DNA of 64,000 nucleotides from an uncultured Veillonellaceae bacterium (GTDB lineage Bacteria; Bacillota; Negativicutes; JARBTT01): NCBI GenBank assembly GCA_963805085.1, contig CAWDTA010000002.1, positions 1,440,001 to 1,504,000 of the forward strand, read 5' to 3'. Shown piece by piece: positions 32,175 to 40,253 of this stretch (position 1 is its first letter; each line of letters starts with the position of its first letter). The notes under the pieces were generated by a model. It saw only the letters and a program-made list of their open reading frames with translations, ran no database searches and was not told where the DNA came from. The position numbers and the translations under genes were made by a program.

Positions 32175-32400
32175 GTAAAATGGTATCCAATCCTACTTAT
32201 TATTCTTCATTTTAGTTCGTTACACGAAAGCCAGAAAATGGTTTCAACCTGCTTAATCGAAGATTTATAATAAGAGGATGGCAGACTGTTTTCGTCACGG
32301 ATACGAAATCCAAAGGAACGTACGTCTGACCATATACTCCACTTATTATAATAAAAATAAGTGCGAACAACTAAAAATTTTCATTTAGTGTTCACACTTT
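32175..32400 (-). ncRNA. Putative IS110 bridge RNA
   Basis: Two stem-enclosed internal loops whose sequences match the target (aaaggaacgt, ttttcgtcac) and the donor junction (aacctgct). Confidence 0.75.
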
Positions 32401-32545
32401 TATAGTACTAAAGGAACGTCCCCGCCTGCCACTTGCCCTCAAAGAAACGCTTGTTTACTTTATGAATAAAATAGAATATAATAAGCATATACTAAATAAA
32501 CCAAAAACGCACTGCGTAAACAGGACGTTTCGGTTGAATACGAGG

Positions 32546-32635
32546 TTAGGTTAGCACTTTTATGGTAAAAGCAATTAATGCTACTACCTTAACAAGTACC
32601 ATTGGTTCGATCTGAAAATCAAAATGGAACTTCAT
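32546..32635 (-). CDS. 29-aa hydrophobic peptide, putative type I toxin (MKFHFDFQIEPMVLVKVVALIAFTIKVLT)
   Basis: AGGAGGTG RBS, TATAAT promoter ~32693-32698, 5' hairpin 32661-32688, convergent TTTACT-17-TATAAT ~32454-32482. Confidence 0.65.
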   Translation of the reverse strand: MKFHFDFQIEPMVLVKVVALIAFTIKVLT

Positions 32636-32813
32636 AAGGTCACCTCCTTGTATTCAGTTTTAAGGACGTAGTTAGCGCTACGTCCTTAGTTATTATAACT
32701 TAATATTACCAATTTTGATAACTTGAATTTCGGGCTGTTTTTTTTATGTCTCTTCTGATTTCATCTCTATGAATTGCTGATAAAACATTAATAAAGGCGA
32801 ACACAAATACTGG

Positions 32814-32968
32814 TAAATAGAATATAATCACTAAAAAGGAAACTCCTGCTGAATTCTGTATAAATTTGGCAGGAGTTTTGAGGTTTCATGAGAATATGTA
32901 ATTTTAATACCAAAAAGCGATGGTAAGGTGACGGAAGAGGAACGTCCCTGAGTGTCCTCTGAGTGTCC
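32814..32968 (+). repeat. Array repeat copy 21 with ctgagtgtcc tandem tail
   Basis: Core then cgtccctgagtgtcctctgagtgtcc. Confidence 0.95.
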
Positions 32969-32980
32969 GTAAGATATACA

Positions 32981-34348
32981 TTAGAGTGATGGTTTCTCCG
33001 ATTTTACGGCACTTTTAACACCATAAGGATCAAAAATCCTAAATGGATCATAATTAGGCATTGCAAATTTAAGTGGATTCGTTTTACTATAATATAGCCA
33101 ATCTTCTTTGGTATTAATTGCTGCATAGTCTATAGATTCGTTCTGTGGTTGAGTGCTGATGGGGACAATATCACATTCATAAAACGTTGCATCCGTTCGT
33201 TTTAAAGTCAAATGTAAAATTGGCCGTTTCATATCCATTTTTATCATATCTTCAAATTCATATAAGTGCAGAGTGTTTGTTTGGATACCATTAATTGAAA
33301 TAATTTGATCACCTGGTTTTACAGCAATAAGTGTTGGTATTTGTTCTGTACTTACCTTCTGAACTGTAAATGGGCCTTTGCTCCAACTTTCATTTGCATC
33401 CAAATATTTTTTTCGAAGATTGAGTCCATAATCATTGAGTCCATAAAAACCTTCGTAGGTTTGATCAATGAGTTTTTTTGTATCTAATAAATATTTATCA
33501 AATTTATCTGGTTTTTTGTCATTAGATAATGTAAACGATAATGGTATATAGTCGGTGCCACTAGAAACGTACATACCAGTCCATGAATCTTTACGAGTAT
33601 GCTCATAGATTAGCCAAGCACGATAATTCAGCCAAGTACCTTCTGATGTTTCAATAAAATCACAGAAATTAAGCACGTCGCTGTCATCACCTCTAAAGCC
33701 AATAGACTTGTTTACATCATCTCTGGCATAACGATTATATCCGTAATAGCCACTCATTACTTTTTTTATGTCATAGTGATAGTTTAAATTATAGCAAAAA
33801 GCATCTTTTATCTGAGAGTATGTTTTGTTTGGAAAAAACAGTTGATAAGTCGGTATATCATAAGCAATGGCTGGATATGTATGCGCTTTTTCTACTGGAA
33901 TTTTCCCGATTTTAACAAATTCCTCTGGTATGATCCTACAGCGTGATTTTATATTTTTCTTGTCAGATATTTTTAATTCATATTCCAATTTCTGTTTTGA
34001 ATTTAGTCCCTGCCAATCAGATTCATTATAAACATACCATTTATCAATAGAGTTACTTGTCGTAGCGTTTTTTCTTAGAGCAGGATCTTTTATTTCTGTC
34101 AGTGGAATTTTCGTTGTTTTATCAACAATAATATTTGCTTCTAAGATATCTGGCACATTTTTATTAATGTGAAGTACTGTATAGTCTTTTTCTTTCGTGA
34201 AAACATGTTGAATTTCTAAGTAGTCGTCTTGAGTAAAATATACTGTTGTACCATTTGTTTGGTCTACCTTGTAAATTGTTGCTTGACAACTACCGATATT
34301 TACTAAGAAAAAAAACAAAATTATCAATAACTTGTGCATCCATGTCAT
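32981..34348 (-). CDS. Secreted protein with C-terminal PDZ-like domain
   Basis: Signal peptide; YGLNL...VKPGDQIISING. Confidence 0.72.
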   Translation of the reverse strand: MTWMHKLLIILFFFLVNIGSCQATIYKVDQTNGTTVYFTQDDYLEIQHVFTKEKDYTVLHINKNVPDILEANIIVDKTTKIPLTEIKDPALRKNATTSNSIDKWYVYNESDWQGLNSKQKLEYELKISDKKNIKSRCRIIPEEFVKIGKIPVEKAHTYPAIAYDIPTYQLFFPNKTYSQIKDAFCYNLNYHYDIKKVMSGYYGYNRYARDDVNKSIGFRGDDSDVLNFCDFIETSEGTWLNYRAWLIYEHTRKDSWTGMYVSSGTDYIPLSFTLSNDKKPDKFDKYLLDTKKLIDQTYEGFYGLNDYGLNLRKKYLDANESWSKGPFTVQKVSTEQIPTLIAVKPGDQIISINGIQTNTLHLYEFEDMIKMDMKRPILHLTLKRTDATFYECDIVPISTQPQNESIDYAAINTKEDWLYYSKTNPLKFAMPNYDPFRIFDPYGVKSAVKSEKPSL

Positions 34349-34546
34349 GAAATTTTCCTCCTAAATTATGTTGTTATATTTTATCCTTGCTAATTGTAGC
34401 ATAATTTACCAATACTAAGCAATTTAGTTAAAAGAGATTTATAAAGCAATTAAGACGTTTTTGCAAATGCAGAACGGGCAATCAAGCTCCATCACGATAA
34501 AGAATTAGGTGCTTTTTCACCATTCTGCCGTTCCCTTGTCGCATGT

Positions 34547-34761
34547 AAAACACCAAAAAGGAAACTCCTGCTGAATTCTGTATGAATTTGGCAGGAGTTT
34601 TGAGCTTTTATGAGAATATGTAAATTTAATATCAAAAAGTTGATGGCAAGGTTGAGGCGGGCGAAGTGGCGGAGGTAGTGTCTTAGAGGAAAGCAATAAG
34701 ACGAAATCACCGTCCCCAGTCGTTCAAGAATAGTGGGACAGGGAACCTGTCCCCTTGTCCC
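34547..34761 (+). repeat. Array repeat copy 22 (long variant)
   Basis: Ends gggacagggaacctgtccccttgtccc. Confidence 0.95.
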
Positions 34762-34800
34762 TATAGAAAAATTTTCTGAATTCATGAAAAGAATGACAGT

Positions 34801-35035
34801 AGGGACGTTTCTTTATTTTCAATATCATTACTGATTTCATATTTATGAACCTATAATAAACCATTGAAAAAGGTCTATAGGAATACCATTAAATAGAATA
34901 TAAACACTAAAAAGGAAACTCCTGCTGAATTCTGTATGAATTTGGCAGGAGTTTTGAGGTTTCATGAGAATATGTAGGTTTAGTATCAAAATGTCGATGG
35001 CAGGGTGACTGAAAATGAACGTCCATCGTTTGTCC
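34801..35035 (+). repeat. Array repeat copy 23 with 5' arm agggacgtttcttt
   Basis: Core 34890-35024; 5' arm is the reverse complement of the 3' motif aaagaaacgtccct. Confidence 0.93.
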
Positions 35036-35064
35036 GTAATAATTAATTATGGGGTGAGGGTATC

Positions 35065-35565
35065 ATGAAAGTATCATTAAGGGCATTAGCTATTGATGAT
35101 TTTCAAGTTTTAGAACAATGGTATGAACAAATTAACGGAGCAACATATACATCGCGATATGGGCCTAAAAAATTTAATGGAATTGATACAAGTATAAGTG
35201 AAAAATATACTTGGTATATTATCAAGGTTAATGAAATCGACTGTGGAGTAATATGGCTTGAAAAAGAAGAAAAGAATAATGATATAGCTATTCTTGGGAT
35301 AATGATAGGTAAAGAAGATTATTTTGGGAAAGGTATTGGAAAAGAAGCAATAAGTTTAGCTATTAATCAATCAAGGAAAGACCTTAAATTTAATAAAGTT
35401 TGCCTAAATGTGAGAAAAACAAATATTAGAGCAATCAGATGTTATACTAAGTATGGCTTTTGCATTAGTGGTGAAGGTGAAAAAATTGGCAGTGAAGAAC
35501 AGAAGATAGAATTTTTCAGTATGATTTTAGATGTAGAAAAAGTGCAGCGTGAAGTATTCTTTTGA
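35065..35565 (+). CDS. GNAT acetyltransferase (RimJ/RimL-like)
   Basis: GIMIG..DYFGKGIG, N.RAIRCY.K.GF. Confidence 0.9.
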   Translation: MKVSLRALAIDDFQVLEQWYEQINGATYTSRYGPKKFNGIDTSISEKYTWYIIKVNEIDCGVIWLEKEEKNNDIAILGIMIGKEDYFGKGIGKEAISLAINQSRKDLKFNKVCLNVRKTNIRAIRCYTKYGFCISGEGEKIGSEEQKIEFFSMILDVEKVQREVFF

Positions 35566-35584
35566 CTACACAATAATGCCGCTG

Positions 35585-35750
35585 AATAGAATATAAACAG
35601 TAAAGAGAAAGCTCCTGCTGAATTCTGTATGAATTTGGCAGGAGTTTTGAGCGTTTATGAGAATATGTAAATTTAATATCAAAAAGTTGATGGCAAGGTG
35701 ACGGAAAAGAAACGTCCCTGAGTGTCTCCTGAGTGTCTCTGATTGCCTCC
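35585..35750 (+). repeat. Array repeat copy 24 with ctgagtgtct tandem tail
   Basis: Core then cgtccctgagtgtctcctgagtgtctctgattgcctcc. Confidence 0.95.
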
Positions 35751-35789
35751 AAAAATTAAAGCCCTGGGTGCAGTCAGAGAATAGGTGGG

Positions 35790-36296
35790 TTATTTCTTGA
35801 ATTCGATATTTTGCATGATGTAGGAGAATTCGGCAAGGGTGGTTTCGTACTGAGATTCTTTTGGCGCACTGAATAGAAAATAGCGAAAGTCGGCTCCGTC
35901 AATTGCAAGCATAGAATATATGCGCTTATCATTATTCGGATACATCACGACTGCAGTTAACCAAAAGGCTTGGTGATTATTCACTTGTAGATTTTTGCAA
36001 GTTCTAATTCGAGCGTTGAGGCTTGTGATGTAAGAGTTTTTGGTTTTGAGCAAACAGTCATCTAAACTACCTTCTTTGGGGATAACAGTCAAGTTTATAT
36101 CTGGTGATTTATGATTTTGCATAGTGAATAGGTAAAGAAAGCCCGTAGGAATATCATTTTTATAAGGAATAGCTTCTTGAGTGAACTCAATTTTTATAAA
36201 TTCGTCTTCGTATACCTTTATCTGCTGAGGCTCTGCAGCATACACTGATGTTACGGCAAACATTATTGATACGAGTGATAATAAGATTCGGTGCAT
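35790..36296 (-). CDS. Secreted hypothetical protein (PsbP/DcrB-like fold possible)
   Basis: ATG 36296 after GGAGG; signal peptide MHRILLSLVSIMFAVTSVYA. Confidence 0.7.
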   Translation of the reverse strand: MHRILLSLVSIMFAVTSVYAAEPQQIKVYEDEFIKIEFTQEAIPYKNDIPTGFLYLFTMQNHKSPDINLTVIPKEGSLDDCLLKTKNSYITSLNARIRTCKNLQVNNHQAFWLTAVVMYPNNDKRIYSMLAIDGADFRYFLFSAPKESQYETTLAEFSYIMQNIEFKK

Positions 36297-36455
36297 TAGG
36301 GACCTCCTGTTTATTTCGCAATTTTGATACTGACAATAATCTTTTTCTATTATAAGGTAATTTAAGCGGGATGGGAAGGTATAAGAAGATAATGGCAAAG
36401 GAATAGAAAAAATGTCACTATCTGTAGGAGAATCGATAGTTAAGGGGGAGCATTA

Positions 36456-37019
36456 ATGCCAAGAATCTTTGGGGAAAGAATAATATTGCGAGAATATAAA
36501 AAAGAAGATTTGCTATATATGCGAAAATGGGTTAATGACCCAGAAATAGTAGATAATTTATCTGACGTATTTTTACATGCTAATACAATAAATGAAACGG
36601 AAAACTTTCTGAACAGTATACTTGAGGGGAAAAATAATCAACAAAAAAATTTTGTTATTGCTGATAAACAAACTGAAGAATATATTGGGCAAATTGATTT
36701 AATTAATATTGATTGGAAAAATCGTGTTGCTGAAATGGGTATCGTTATTGGCAATAAAGATTTACTAGGAAAAGGGATTGGAACAGAGGCTATCAAGTTA
36801 TTACAAGCTTTCGTTTTTGAGAGATTAAATATGAATCGGTTAGAATTAAATTTGCATGATTATAATGAAAGAGCTTATAAATGTTATTTGAAATGCGGCT
36901 TTGTGGAAGAAGGACGACTACGGAAAAAATTTTTTATTAATGGTCAATATACCGATGTTATTCTGATGGGAATACTTCGTGATGAGTATAATAGGGGGAG
37001 TAAAATATCAAGTATATGA
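36456..37019 (+). CDS. GNAT acetyltransferase (RimJ/RimL/SpeG-like)
   Basis: GIVIG....GKGIG, N.RA...Y.KCGF..EG.LR. Confidence 0.92.
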   Translation: MPRIFGERIILREYKKEDLLYMRKWVNDPEIVDNLSDVFLHANTINETENFLNSILEGKNNQQKNFVIADKQTEEYIGQIDLINIDWKNRVAEMGIVIGNKDLLGKGIGTEAIKLLQAFVFERLNMNRLELNLHDYNERAYKCYLKCGFVEEGRLRKKFFINGQYTDVILMGILRDEYNRGSKISSI

Positions 37020-37099
37020 TCAAAGAAGGCTTTAAAAGTATTGCAATAAGGCAATACTGGATAAAAAATTATAGACAAAAGTTTGAACAAATATTGACA

Positions 37100-37210
37100 A
37101 ATAAAATATAAACTCCTGCTGAATTCTGTATGAATTTGGCAGGAATTTTGAGCTTTCATGAGAATATGTAAGTTTACTAGTTGAAAAATTATGGTAAGTT
37201 GACGGAAAAG
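37100..37210 (+). repeat. Array repeat copy 25
   Basis: aaactcctgctgaattctgtatgaatttggcagg...ttgacggaaaag. Confidence 0.9.
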
Positions 37211-37245
37211 AAATCTTTCCGCCTTCTATGGGGGAATAGAACTTT

Positions 37246-38451
37246 ATGAATAATATTAAGGCTGTATTTTTTGATTTTGATAATACAATAGTAGATTATG
37301 TAAAATCAGATATAGACAGTCTGAGGATGGTAGCAGAATCTTTGCCAATTACAGTAGACACAAATGTTTTCATTGACATTGCTGTTGAGCAAATTATGAA
37401 GTTTCATGGCTTGGTTAGTGATGGTAAAGTGGAGCCTAGTGATATACATAATTATCGTTTTTATAACACCATGAAGTATTTTTCTGTTGAATTGAAAACA
37501 AAATATTTAGATATTTATTTGCAACATTTCATAAAATCTACAATTTGTTTTTCGGGAGTAGAAGAAGTAATAAGATATTTGTATGGTAAGGTTAGATTGG
37601 GAATAGTAACCAATGCCTATAATTCGGAAGAACAAAAACGAAGAGTTGACAATACAGGGATAACAGGGTATTTTGATGATATTGTTGTATGTGCAGATAT
37701 CGGAGCCTATAAACCAACCAAAGAGGCATTTCTTTATTTGGTTGATAAGTACCGCTTGAAGCCGTTTGATTGTTTATATATTGGTGATTCGGAAGAATAT
37801 GATATAAAAGGGGCTAGAAATGCTGGTTTATATACAATAAAGATGGCTCATAATTCATCAAAAATAAATTCAGTAGCAGATTTTGTTTGTGATGATTTTC
37901 AGGATTTATTTAAATTATTCTTGGAAAAATTAGTGGTAAAGAATAATGTGGGAATTGATGGGGATATTTCCTACAAAGAATGTGCACAAGATGTAGCTCT
38001 TGCAGATGTAAGTAAACATACGATGCAGCTTATCTGGTTTCTGAATAATGATGATCGTTTACTTGATCATTTTGGTTCTAATAGCTCAGTTAAGATAACT
38101 GAACAAGAATTTTTAGAAACCAATAGAAAATGGATTGTCGAAAATTATGCGGATATGTTTGCTATCGTCTTAGGGAAAAAAGCAATAGGGATTATATCTT
38201 TAAGTCACAAGGATACTATCAACCATACAGCACGAATTGGTTATTGGCTCGGGAGTGCTTATTGGAATAAGGGATGCGGAAGTAGGGCTTTTAAACTTAT
38301 GCTTAGCGAAGCAAAGAATAGAGGCTTTAAATATGTATCTTCTACGATTAGAAAAGACAATGTAGCATCTATAAAGATATGGGACAAATATGGCGCACAA
38401 ATCATATCTAGTAATGGTAGATATTCGTGTGTTATCAACCTTGAAAATTAA
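37246..38451 (+). CDS. HAD-family hydrolase fused to a GNAT domain
   Basis: FFDFDNT, KP, IGDS...DI.GA; C-terminal IGYWLG..YWNKG.GS, N.AS. Confidence 0.87.
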   Translation: MNNIKAVFFDFDNTIVDYVKSDIDSLRMVAESLPITVDTNVFIDIAVEQIMKFHGLVSDGKVEPSDIHNYRFYNTMKYFSVELKTKYLDIYLQHFIKSTICFSGVEEVIRYLYGKVRLGIVTNAYNSEEQKRRVDNTGITGYFDDIVVCADIGAYKPTKEAFLYLVDKYRLKPFDCLYIGDSEEYDIKGARNAGLYTIKMAHNSSKINSVADFVCDDFQDLFKLFLEKLVVKNNVGIDGDISYKECAQDVALADVSKHTMQLIWFLNNDDRLLDHFGSNSSVKITEQEFLETNRKWIVENYADMFAIVLGKKAIGIISLSHKDTINHTARIGYWLGSAYWNKGCGSRAFKLMLSEAKNRGFKYVSSTIRKDNVASIKIWDKYGAQIISSNGRYSCVINLEN

Positions 38452-38475
38452 ATATCGCAGTAGAAACTGTTATGT

Positions 38476-38500
38476 GAGTTCGAATTCCTCCGGGCGCACA
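38476..38500 (+). other. tRNA(Arg)-like 3' fragment (T-arm + acceptor strand), possible att remnant
   Basis: gagttcgaattcctccgggcgcaca; no 5' half of a tRNA. Confidence 0.5.
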
Positions 38501-38534
38501 AGCTAAATACAATAAAAGTAAGGCTTCAGAGTTC

Positions 38535-38625
38535 TGAGCCTTTATGAGAATATGTAGGTTTAGTATCAAAAAGTTGATGGTAGGGTGACGGAAAAGGAAC
38601 GTCCCCGACTGTCCGACTGTCGTCC
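38535..38625 (+). repeat. Array repeat copy 26 (3' half) with ccgactgt tandem tail
   Basis: tgagcctttatgagaatatgtagg...gtgacggaaaaggaacgtccccgactgtccgactgtcgtcc. Confidence 0.93.
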
Positions 38626-39452
38626 TAAATTATATAGGACAAGTATTTCATTATTTTAGTTGCTTTTTTCTCACCTCAGAAAGTGTTTAATGGGTGGTGA
38701 TTACATGTTGCTTAGATTTTGACGTACTTCAAGAAATGTTAATTATAGTTGAGAGTATCTTAGGAATAGCAAAGATTGCTTTAGAGATTTTTTTGGAATA
38801 CAAAGAAATTAAGAAATCTCGTACACGGAGAAAACATCATAATTGAGAGCCTTAGGGCTCTTTTTTTCATGCCATAAATGAGGTGAGTAGATGATACTAA
38901 ATAAAGCGAGGTCAACGGACGTGAAAAATCTGGTGACCTCGCTTTTTCTATATCAAAATCATATTTCGATTTACTTTTACTTGCAATCTCTAAGAAACGT
39001 AATATAACTAGGAATAGGTGAAAATTAAAAAAGTCGCCGTGTCTTGCCGTAGTGACACACTCTCAAGCAAGAGCAGGTGAACAGGCACCTACACGTAACA
39101 GCTAGCTGTCTACGACGACAATTTATTATACCGTGGTATAAATCAGCTTCTAATTTCCTACGAATACTTTGAAGATTTAACGTGATTAAGGCTAAACTTT
39201 TGGGTATCTGTCAAACAATTATTCAAGGGTAAAAAAAGTTATTACCCCACAAATTGTGTAAAATATTGACATAAAATAATAAAAGTAGTATAACTAACAT
39301 AAATAATACAAATAAACCAAAATATGTTTTATGATGTAAAAAGACATCGTTTTATGTTTCCCCAATATTGATTTCGATGGAGTTTTCTTAAAGCGCTGAT
39401 ATATGAGACTATGGAAATGATGTAAAACCGATAAGAATGGAAGTAATACAAA

Positions 39453-40241
39453 ATGAATTTAGAGATTATAAAAGATGTTTCTGAGAAGAATCCGGAGTTT
39501 CCTTCTCTTCTTTTTGTGCATGGAATATGTCATGGGGCATGGTGTTGGAAAGAAAATTTTCTCCCTTATTTTTCAGCAAAAGGTTTTCCTTCGTATGCTC
39601 TTAGTCTGCGTGGGCATGGCAAAAGTGAAGGTTATGAAAGTCTACATTCTTTTTCATTAGATGATTATATGGAAGATGTGCTTGAATTGATGCTAACTTT
39701 AAAGGAAAAACCTGTGTTAATTGGACATTCAATGGGAGGGGCGGTTGTGCAAAAGATATTATCTTTACATCCAGCTAAAGTAAAAGCAGTAGTTTTGCTA
39801 GCTTCGGTGCCTCCTAATGGTATGTTCAAAGATTTAGTTAGACTAATCTTTACCAATTTTACAGAAGCTAAACAATTGTTTTTGTTTAATAGAAGGAGAA
39901 ATGTAAGATCTCCTATTAATTTATTTTTGTCTCCAAATTTACGCAAGGATAAAAAAGAAAAATATGGGATGCTATTACAACCGGAGTCAGTTAAAGCAGG
40001 TAAAAATTGCAGTAAGCCAATCATTACTAAGCCAATAAATACTAAAGTTCCAATTATGGTAATTGGTTCTAGAAAGGATTGGATTTTTTCTGAAAAAACT
40101 GCTGCAGGGATTGCAAAATTTTATCAATCAAAACTAGTTGTATTTGATAACGTTAGTCATGATATGATGTTAGATCCGAATTGGGAATTGGTGGCCGACC
40201 AGATCCTTATTTTTTTGCGTGAGATAGTACATAAAAGGTAG
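39453..40241 (+). CDS. alpha/beta hydrolase (PKS-associated)
   Basis: FVHG...GAW, GHSMGG, SHDMM. Confidence 0.9.
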   Translation: MNLEIIKDVSEKNPEFPSLLFVHGICHGAWCWKENFLPYFSAKGFPSYALSLRGHGKSEGYESLHSFSLDDYMEDVLELMLTLKEKPVLIGHSMGGAVVQKILSLHPAKVKAVVLLASVPPNGMFKDLVRLIFTNFTEAKQLFLFNRRRNVRSPINLFLSPNLRKDKKEKYGMLLQPESVKAGKNCSKPIITKPINTKVPIMVIGSRKDWIFSEKTAAGIAKFYQSKLVVFDNVSHDMMLDPNWELVADQILIFLREIVHKR

Positions 40242-40253
40242 GAGGAGTAAGGT

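Larger units (their letters stand above)
30826..32409 (-). mobile_element. IS110 family element inserted in the array repeat
   Basis: Flanks rejoin to gtgacagaaaaggaacgtcccc with an AA core on both sides; no terminal inverted repeats; DEDD transposase. Confidence 0.92.

Noticed and set aside
2530-37159. Family of short minus-strand ORFs with NLHILIKAQNSCQIHTEFSRSF or KLTYSHKS..LLPNSY (e.g. 2530, 5951, 7643, 23634, 28211, 34492, 35516, 36944)
   Set aside because: Translations of the non-coding repeat in varying frames, with inconsistent starts and stops and no RBS.
38476-38500. Complete tRNA gene
   Set aside because: No D-arm, anticodon arm or 5' acceptor strand upstream.
302-38625. CRISPR array interpretation of the repeats
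   Set aside because: Repeats are >130 bp, spacers are 0.1-3.5 kb and contain genes, and there are no cas genes.
302-38625. Classical integron attC array
   Set aside because: No RYYYAAC/GTTRRRY R boxes and no intI in the window; cargo occurs in both orientations, often with its own promoters.
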